NCBI GenBank assembly: GCA_051294375.1
Contig: CM119263.1
Location: 28,336,549-28,400,548 of the forward strand
Reading direction: 5' to 3'
Origin: Paraspadella gotoi
Lineage: Eukaryota > Animalia > Chaetognatha
Length of the DNA: 64,000 nucleotides
Each line of letters opens with the position of its first letter. Within the stretch, counting starts at the first letter, position 1. The translations under genes and the position numbers were made by a program. The notes under the pieces were generated by a model. The model saw only the letters and a list, made by a program, of their open reading frames with translations, was not told the DNA's origin and ran no database searches. Below, piece after piece: positions 28,801 through 37,800 of the stretch.

Positions 28801-31800
28801 CTTATATTGATCGGTTCTGTCACTAACACATAACAATAATTACTGTCTCTTCACCATCAAAGAACATCCTCCACACCCTCTTGGTTCTCACGCGTACCCT
28901 TCCTACTTGCAGGTGAAGTTCCATTTTTAAACTGGAATCATAGGCATTTAAATTCTCGAGGCAAATCTCTCATAACTGCGGGAAAAACATTCGCCAGCCA
29001 CGGCCTCTCTCCTCATCTGTTGCTGACCGATGCGTGGAATGTGTCGAAAGAACTCCTCGATCAGGTTTTAATTTTATTGCTAATTACTTTTGTTGTCCCT
29101 GGTATTATCTTCAACTATCATTGTCAGTCTTATTTATTATTACTGTTGCTGAAATATAGGACATTTTACAACTAAAACTATTTTTTAGCAGACTGCAGCT
29201 CATAAGCATTACAAATGTAATTGGCCTTGTCAAACCAGTTGCATTTCCGTAACAATTTTTAGATTAAAATCCATCAAATACTCTTAAATCCGGAAAGACT
29301 ATGGTGAACTCTGTCAAGAAAGGCCTGTGACCATCATTATATTATTATATTATCATATTATTATGTAATCAAGAAGCTGAAAAAAAAATCCTTTGGGTTT
29401 TCTGAAAGATTTGAATTTTTTAAAATTGATAAAAAGTTAATTCCGACATTTCTGAGAGCTGATAACATGTGATATAATCGTTTTATTTTAAAAATAAAGA
29501 AATCATAAAAAACTGATTAACTGTATTCATTTGTAAAGTGACAGTACGCTTGAGACACTCTGTATTTATCTTATTAAATTCTATCGTCTTTTTTTTTACT
29601 TCGGCGGTGTATAAATTTTATTACTCGTAATAACTGTTAATCTAACAATAAAACCCTTAATAAAGCATTCAAAGATAACAAAATATAAGATATTTAATTC
29701 CCTTCATAATTATTTTAATGTAATAAAGGTCTGAATAATTCTACGATGATAATTATTTTTATCTGCTTATCAGCAGATTCCTACTCTATAATTCACTTTG
29801 TCGGTCCGTCGGACCACCCCCAAAATAACTCATTTTTATCATATCAGAACATCGAATTGTGATAAATTATGCAAATAAATGATGTTCGTCCGTCCGTCCG
29901 ACTGTCTGTCAGTCCGTCCCCCCTTAGCATTAAACACCAATTACTCGTGATTGGATGGTTGGATTGGAATAAGATTTTTTGTGTGGGTAGGAAATTGTGT
30001 GATTGAGATAGATATAAAGTTTCGATAGAATCGTGCGAGTGGAAATGGGTTTAAATGGAAAAAGCAAAAGTCATATTTACTTGAAGCATTTACTTATAAC
30101 TGTTATATTTATTAAAAATAGGATAGATAAATTGAAATGAAATTTTGTGTGTGGGTAAGAAAGTATGTGATTAGGCTGGATATAAATTTTTTATGTAATC
30201 ATAGGAGTGGAAAAGAGTTTAAAATAGAAACTAAAAGACATTTATTTCAATTTTTAAAAGTTTCTCTCTCTCTCTCTAATTGTTCGATTTATTGATTGAT
30301 TTACCAAATTATGTCAGTTGACCAAATTATGGCTATTTACCAAATAATGCAAGTTAACCAAATTATGCCGGTTGACCTTATTTTGAAAGTTGAAAAAAAA
30401 ATATACCAGTTGACCAAATTAAGCCAGTTGATTATATTATGCAGACATTGTTTGCTCAAACTTGTTTGTATACTTTTATCTTCCTTTTGGGAAATGGCGA
30501 TTTTTGAAGCATAAAAGCTGCTATGAAATGGCTCTAACATTGTGGAGTATGAAAAAATCAAATGATTAAAATTTTATAAAAGTCATATTTAGCTAAAATA
30601 ATATGAAAATATAGACCCATAAAAATATTTTGGTAAGTTTATTTACAAATTTTATATTTTATTAACAGATTTTTCGCTATATTTATTAATAATTAGTAGT
30701 AAATATAGGCTAAAATTAAAAAAATTAAAATTTTAAACCGGATGCCGATTTGAATTTCTTGCACAGATTTCAACAAATTCTTTTGGTTAAAAATAATAAA
30801 AACTATAATAATTTTTTTTTAAATTTAAGTTTACTTTTACTCATAATTATTAATAAATATAGTGAACTTTTAGAGAGAAAACGAAAATTTCGTTATAACA
30901 ACAAGTGAAATTATTAATTCGGACATGTTTCGACTCTTATGTTTTTGTGAGTCTTCATCAGCAAGCAATTCAATAACTGTATGGTGAACTAAAATCCACC
31001 AACCATTCATCAGCGGCCATTGGTGCCAGAGTCAAGTCATTTGCCTCCCAACCCAAAGGTCCGGGGTTCTAGCCCGGTGGTCGCCTAGCAGTTGAGAGGG
31101 ACGGGGCGCTTAACCCGCTTGTAACACGGTGTTACAGCCTGATCCGAAGCTCAAGGACTGCTTATATTGAACGGTTCTGTCACTAACACATAACAATAAT
31201 TACTGTCTCTTCAACTATTCACCGCGACCACTCGCTGGTTTAGTAGTGGGTAGAGACCATGCGGCGATGCAGGACCAAAGAGGGAGCCAATGTGACCGTG
31301 GGGAGGACCGGGTGGGAGGTCACCGAAAAGGCATGGCGAGAAGGGTGGGACGGTGGGCCATGACGCGGACATGAAAAGAAAAGAGGGGGAGAACAATTAG
31401 TGTTGCTGCACAGTACCAGTACTTGTACACATGCAGTCGCCATGCACACTCGCACTCGTTCCAGGGGATGATTTCACTCACCGGGTGAGACAGCGATGAG
31501 GTCCTACGGGGGGAATAGTGGACACAGACGCTCTGCACACGGCGATCGAGTTGGCAGACGGAACCATATGGAGTAAGACCGTCGGCGAGAGGAGTAACGG
31601 CGCCGTTGGGAGAATCAGCGGGAGAGACGTCCGGCATGGTGTAAGGAGTCCAATTAAAAATTTGATAAAAAACTGGGAACAAAAACATGAGAAAAAGGAA
31701 ACAAAGAAAAAACGAAAAGGGCGAAAACGAAGGAAGAAAAGGTCGATGGGGAGAGGGGGGGACACAAGGGACGAATGTTCTGAGGGAGCGAGTGCAACAA

Positions 31801-34800
31801 CGAGTGAAGGAGTCAACCGTGAGACGGGATGATTTCACTCAGCTGGTAAGACAGCGAGGAGGTCCTGCAGGGGGAATAGAAGAATAAGTAATGAGGGATA
31901 GATAAGTTAAAGGTAAGTGAAATGATAAGATAAGAAAGAGCTCAAAATGAGCTGTGGGGGCGTTACTCGCAAAAACATGAGAGTCGAAACATGTCCGAAT
32001 TAATAAATTCACTCGATGTTATAACGAAATTTTCCATTTCTCTATAAACTCTCCCAATTGACAAAAAAGAAAGTTCAAATACAATGTCAGCTAACTTTTA
32101 ATGAAATATAAAATTTAAAAATAAACTTACCACATTATTTTCATAGTTCTTTATTTTTTTTAATATTAGTATTTTATATACATTAAAAATCGTCATCTCC
32201 GACATGAAAGATAAAATTAGACAAAAAAAAATGGTCATCACCATCGAATTCTTCAGACCTTATTACAGTAAAATGAATAGAGTTAATATCTTATATTTTG
32301 TTATCTTAAAAAGCTCGACTCCTTAAGCTTCACCACCCTAACCCTAAACCTCCCATAACCCTAAAATCCCGCTGACCCAAGTCGGCTAATGTAAAAATAA
32401 GCAGCTTTGGCCTTTTGTAAATTTCAAATTTTGTTAATTTTAACTTTTTCTTATAAAACTTTAAAAATTTAAATGAAATCTGTTAATATCAGTTTTAAAG
32501 AAATGATTATAAGTTGGTTTAAAAGAAAAAAGTTGAAACACAATTTTTTCCTCTTCAACCCAATCAAAGGCGAAACTTCGTGGGCTCCGCGTCGTTCGAC
32601 CGACTATAGTATTTCCTCCTCTGCATCCCGATTCGCCGTACAAGGTATCATAAATATTAGTATTAATTAATATTTCTTAACGGAGAAATTTATTACACAT
32701 AATTACATAATACTTACACATTCATCTTTTTAATTATTATATATAAAAGCCAAATGTTCTTTTTTTATGTACGTAACTAAAATAACAAAATGCATTTGTA
32801 CAACTCTTCTTGTTTGGTTCCTTTTTGTCCGCTGAACAGTGAACACGCTTGTATCTTTAAAATCCCAATAAGTTGAATGGAAATGAACTCACTAACGCCA
32901 GAAAGTGATAGAGTTCAATCGCTGTTTGGCTCGAATTTTAACATAAAAGATTTAGAGATGAAACGAAAAATTCGTTGTAATAGCAATTTTTATTTTTATT
33001 ATTTGGTAAAAAAAAATACAATGTTTCGACTCTTAGTGTTTACGAGTCTTCATCAGCAAGTGAATTCAATAGACCAAATTTTTTAAAAACATTAGTTTGA
33101 GAGAGAGGAGAAAGAAGAGAAAGAGAGTTTCCAACAAAGAATTGAGCAAGGATAGTGGTCAGATGTGAGGACAGGTGAAAGTAGGGAAAGAGAGAGCAAA
33201 TGATTTTTGAAATGGTGAAAAGAAAGAGAAAGAGAGAGAGAGAGAGACAGGGATCAATACATTAGCAATGTACAAAGTTAAAAATTTTAGAAAAAACTAA
33301 ATATTTAACAAAAGTAATAATAAATTAATTGTTAGCTGATGATTGTTAGTAAGAAAAATGAAATAGAAGAATAAGTGATGAGGATAGATAAGTTAAAGAT
33401 AAGTGAAATAGTAAGGTAAGAAAGAGCTGGGGGGGCGCCAGCTCATTTTTGAGCTCTTTTCTTACCTTTACTATTTTACTTATCTTTAACTTATCTATCC
33501 CTCATCACTTATTCTTCTATTTCATTTTCTCTTACTAACAATCATCAGCTAACAATTAATTTATTATTACTTTTGTTAAATATTTAGTTTTTTTCTAAAA
33601 TTTTTCACTTGTTGTACATTGCCTAATGTATTGATCCCTGTCTCCTCTCTCTCTCTCTCTCTTTCTCTTTCTTTCCACCAATTTCAAAATCATTTGCTCT
33701 CTCTTTCCCTACTTTCACCTGTCCTCACATCTGACCACTATCCTTGCTCATTTCTTTGTTGGAAACTCTCTCTTTCTCTCTTTCTCTCTAAACTAATGTT
33801 TTTAAAAATTTGGTCTATTGAATTCACTTGCTGATGAAGACTCGTAACACTAAGATAGGGGGAGACTAACTCAATAAGGTGGTTAAGAAATTGAATTAAG
33901 CACCTCCTCAAACGAAAATTTTAGACATTTTAAAAATTTGAATTGACAAATTTTTTATATTACTCCATACTCCATATATTAATTTTTAATATTTATTTAT
34001 AATAGAAGGCTAAAATTTTTTTTTGGATTTTTTGATTTTTAAGATCAGATTCACGTAGCTTGCAAAAAGTTGTCTACACAAAGTATAATTCTTTTTCGAT
34101 ATTTTGATCATAAGTATGTGAAAATATGAAATACTATTTATAATCATCATCATCATCATTTTTCAATAATTTTATTACTTTTTCTTAATTTTGACCAGAA
34201 AGAAACATAAATTTTTTTTGAAAGTTGTAGTTAAATTTTTTATTTAACTTTTTATGCTCTATCAGAATCCATCAAAAGTTAAGATTGATTAAAAAAAATT
34301 TTATCATTATTATGTAATATTGTAATTTTAATAGCAACAATAAAAGCATTAAAATCGAACTTTTTTAAAAAATTCTTTTTTTACCTAAAAGTAGACTTCA
34401 AGACTAAAGTTTTGAACCCCCGCCCCTATTGAATTTAATTTCATAGTAGATTTCTAACTAAGAGTCGAAACATGTACAATAATAAAAATAAAAATTGCTA
34501 TTACAACAGAATTTTTCGTTATAATCTCTAAACTATTTTAAATAGCAAAAAAGAAAGTCAAAATACAACATAAAAGATAAATTAAATTTTAATTATTCTT
34601 TTCACAGAAATGTTTAAATCTTTATATTTTAGTTAAATTAATTATATATTTCTTGAGTATTTGTTAAAATTTAATTTTTTTTAATAAATTTATTACAAAA
34701 TTTACATGAATCTACACGGTTCTTTTTATAGGAGGAAAAAGAAAATCTAAATATACCATTTCTGGAAAAGATGAAAAACCTGAAAGGTTGCTGTCAGGAC

Positions 34801-37800
34801 AAGAGCTTGGGCTAAATCGAAAAATTATTTCAAACTCATTTTTTTTAATTGCATTTGAAGTTGGTAAGTTAATTTTTGAGAAAATTTGATGACTTTTGTA
34901 CTAATTTTGCAAAATATAGACTCAATTCAAACATCTATATGTCAAACGATATCAGTAAACCGAGAGCTTATATTTAAGACCACTCCCAGCTTTCTGCGAC
35001 TTTTGGCTAAAAAGTTATTAATCAAAATATGTTATTTTTTCTTTAAAAAAGTAATGAAATGGTGAATATTATTGAGAATATAATAAGACTTTAATCTAAA
35101 ATAATTGAGGATACCTACGAGTGCTATAGACATTTTTTTTTCAATTAATTCATAAATAAAATTTTTCTTCAAGCTTAAATATAGGCACATCATCCCCCCA
35201 AAAAATTGAAAAAATATTAATTAAAATTTTTAATAATTTACCATAATGATATGATATAATTTTACTCAATATATATGGACTAGAAACTATAGGATGTGAC
35301 CTTCATTTTGAGCCTATTGCCAACTCTTTATGATAAATATTTATTGAGATACTACCAAAAAAGCCCTAAAAATCTTTAAAAAATATAATTTTTAATTTAT
35401 TTAAGTCATTTTTCAGTTCATATATGACTTATTTTAAGTCAAATGATTTTATTCAGCAGATTAAAGAGTAAGGCACATATAAAATACAATTAGTAGTATT
35501 ATTTTATAATAATTTAATCAGGACAATTAATTTTCAGCCAATTTTTACCAAAATTACAACTTTTAATTTTTACAGCAACAAAGGACTAAAAAAAGTAAAA
35601 AATTTTTGATGATAAAATCTGTAAGCCAAAAGACCTTAGAATGTATCATATAGGATTAAAAAATTTTCTTATAAAGATTTAAAAATAAAAAAATTATATA
35701 TATAAATTAAAGATTGAAGAAAAATAATGATATTACAGTTAGTTTTATATTATTGATCATGATTCTATGTTAGAAAAGATAGCCATCTTTTTTAACCACT
35801 AATTATTAAAAGTTTTAGTTACTTAAAAGAGTAAGTAATTTTTTTTAAAAAAATTTATATTATAAAAACTCTCTTCCTTATAAAAAAATCGATAATTTGG
35901 TAAGAAATAAACAAGTTTGAGCAAACAATGTCGGATCTGCCTACGAAAAATAATTAATTAATTAATCGATTAATTAATTAATTAATTATAATATTTAATT
36001 ATAAATTTATATACAGCTTATCATCATCAATGTCCTTAAAATGAAGTAAATGTGACTTATATTTTTCCATTTAAACTCATTTCCACTGGCACAATTCCGT
36101 CAAAACTTTATATCTAGCTTCTTCACAAACTTTCCTTCCCACTCACAAAATTTCATCTCAATCTATTATGGGTAAATAAGTAAAAAGAGTCAAGTAAATG
36201 TGACTCATATTTTTTTCATTTAAACTCATTTCCACTTGTACCGAAACTTTATATCAAGCTTCGTCACACATTTTCCTACCCCCACACAAAATTGAACTCA
36301 ATCTATCCATCCAATTATGATTAATTAGAGTATTTATTTGTTAAAATGTGGATAAGGCGCTAAGTGGGCTGAAGATGACTATCCGTAACTTCTATAACCC
36401 CCTTTAGTAGCCATGGAACGGGTCCTGGGCTTGGAACCAGGCTTGAGGGGTTGCCACGCCCCAAGGCGGCTTACGGCCGTCCTCACGCTTCCCACAGGGT
36501 AGGTACTGGGTTGGGATTGAACCCGGTACCTAGTGGTCATGAGCTGATGGCTTTACTCAATGAGCCACCGGGTCAGGACTGAAGGTGTCATGCTTATAGG
36601 CGGGGTGAACCTAGGCAATGCCCGACTACATGCCCCCCAGATTGTAACCCACCCTGCACTGCTTCCAGTGGAGGGAGGGAGCAATCTTCAGCACGTCCAT
36701 GGGCCTGGAATCAGAAGGTTGGAATACGCTCGACAGGATGGGCTCACCAGTGTGGATAAGGCGCTAAGTGGGCTGAAGATGACTATCCGTAACTTCTATA
36801 ACCCCCTTTAGTAGCCATGGAACGGGTCCTGGGCTTGGAACCAGGCTTGAGGGGTTGCCACGCCCCCAAGGCGGCTTACGGCCGTCCTCACGCTTCCCAC
36901 AGGGTAGGTACTGGGTTGGGATTGAACCGGTACCTAGTGGTCATGAGCTGATGGCTTTACTCAATGAGCCACCGGGTCAGGACTGAAGGTGTCATGCTTA
37001 TAGCGGGGTGAACCTAGGCAATGCCCGACTACAAAAATAAGTAAAAAGATTTTAGTAAATGCGACTTAAGGTTTTTCTATTTAAACTCATATCCACTCAC
37101 ACGATTCCGTTGAAACTTTATATCCAGCTTCATCACACATGTTCCTACCCATACACAAAATTTCATTCCGATCCAACCAGCCAATCACGAGTTATTGGGG
37201 CTTTTTGCTAAGGTGGACGGATGGATGGATTGATTGACTGATTAATTAATTATTGATTAATTAATTGGCTAATTGATTAATTAACTGATTAATTATTTGA
37301 TTTATTATTACATCCTGCATATACATTTAATATAAAAGGAAAAAAATCATAATCAATTAGTGTAACAGGTTTTTTGTTTTTTTCCATTTAAACTCATTTC
37401 CACTCAAACGATTCCATCGAAACTTGGTTTCCTGTTCAATCACACACTTTCCTACTCACATACAAAATTCCAGGTCAATCGCCCCATCCACTCGTGAGCA
37501 ATTGGTGTTCAAATCGTGAATTATATTTTTTTGTTTTTCCATTTAAACTCATTTCAACTTGGACGATTCCATCGAAACTTTATATCCAGCTCAATCCCAC
37601 AATTCCCTACCCACACACAAAATTTCATTCAAATCCATCCATCCAATCACGAGTAATTGGTGTTTTTTGCTAAGGTAGATGGACGGACAGACGGACGGAC
37701 ATCAATTTTTTTGCATAATTTATCATAATTCGATGTTCTGACATGATATAAGTTAGTGCCCGACAATATTAAGGGGGCTAACCGACGGACCGACAAAGTG

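Larger units (their letters stand above)
30868..32048 (-). mobile_element. Hammerhead-bearing Penelope-like element with an inverted partial terminal repeat and a GC-rich interior
   Basis: ~30868-30952 is inverted relative to ~31965-32048, which lacks CTGATGA; 31880-31960 matches 33365-33440. Confidence 0.65.
36347..37033 (-). mobile_element. TRIM (miniature LTR retrotransposon) with a tRNA-like sequence and a twister ribozyme in each LTR
   Basis: Near-identical direct repeats 36347-36630 and 36751-37033 with TG..CA ends; 4-bp TSD AAAA; minus-strand PBS-like TGGTGAGCCC just inside the 5' LTR; G-rich PPT GGGGGGCA before the 3' LTR; 120-bp non-coding interior. Confidence 0.9.

Noticed and set aside
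29189-29330. Candidate terminal exon of gene 1 after TTTTTTAGCAG
   Set aside because: Stops early with no domain similarity; exons at 32570, 38675 and 39006 complete the domain in phase.
31004-31016. Minus-strand CTGATGA in family 1 as another hammerhead
   Set aside because: No stem II plus GAAA and no cleavage triplet follows it.
31320-31887. Overlapping 66-172-aa ORFs in the GC-rich interior of the hammerhead element
   Set aside because: No RT or GIY-YIG motifs recognised; low-complexity sequence open in several frames.
36560-36811. 83-aa ORF in the TRIM
   Set aside because: Antisense to the PBS/PPT orientation, spans LTR junctions and has no gag or pol motifs.
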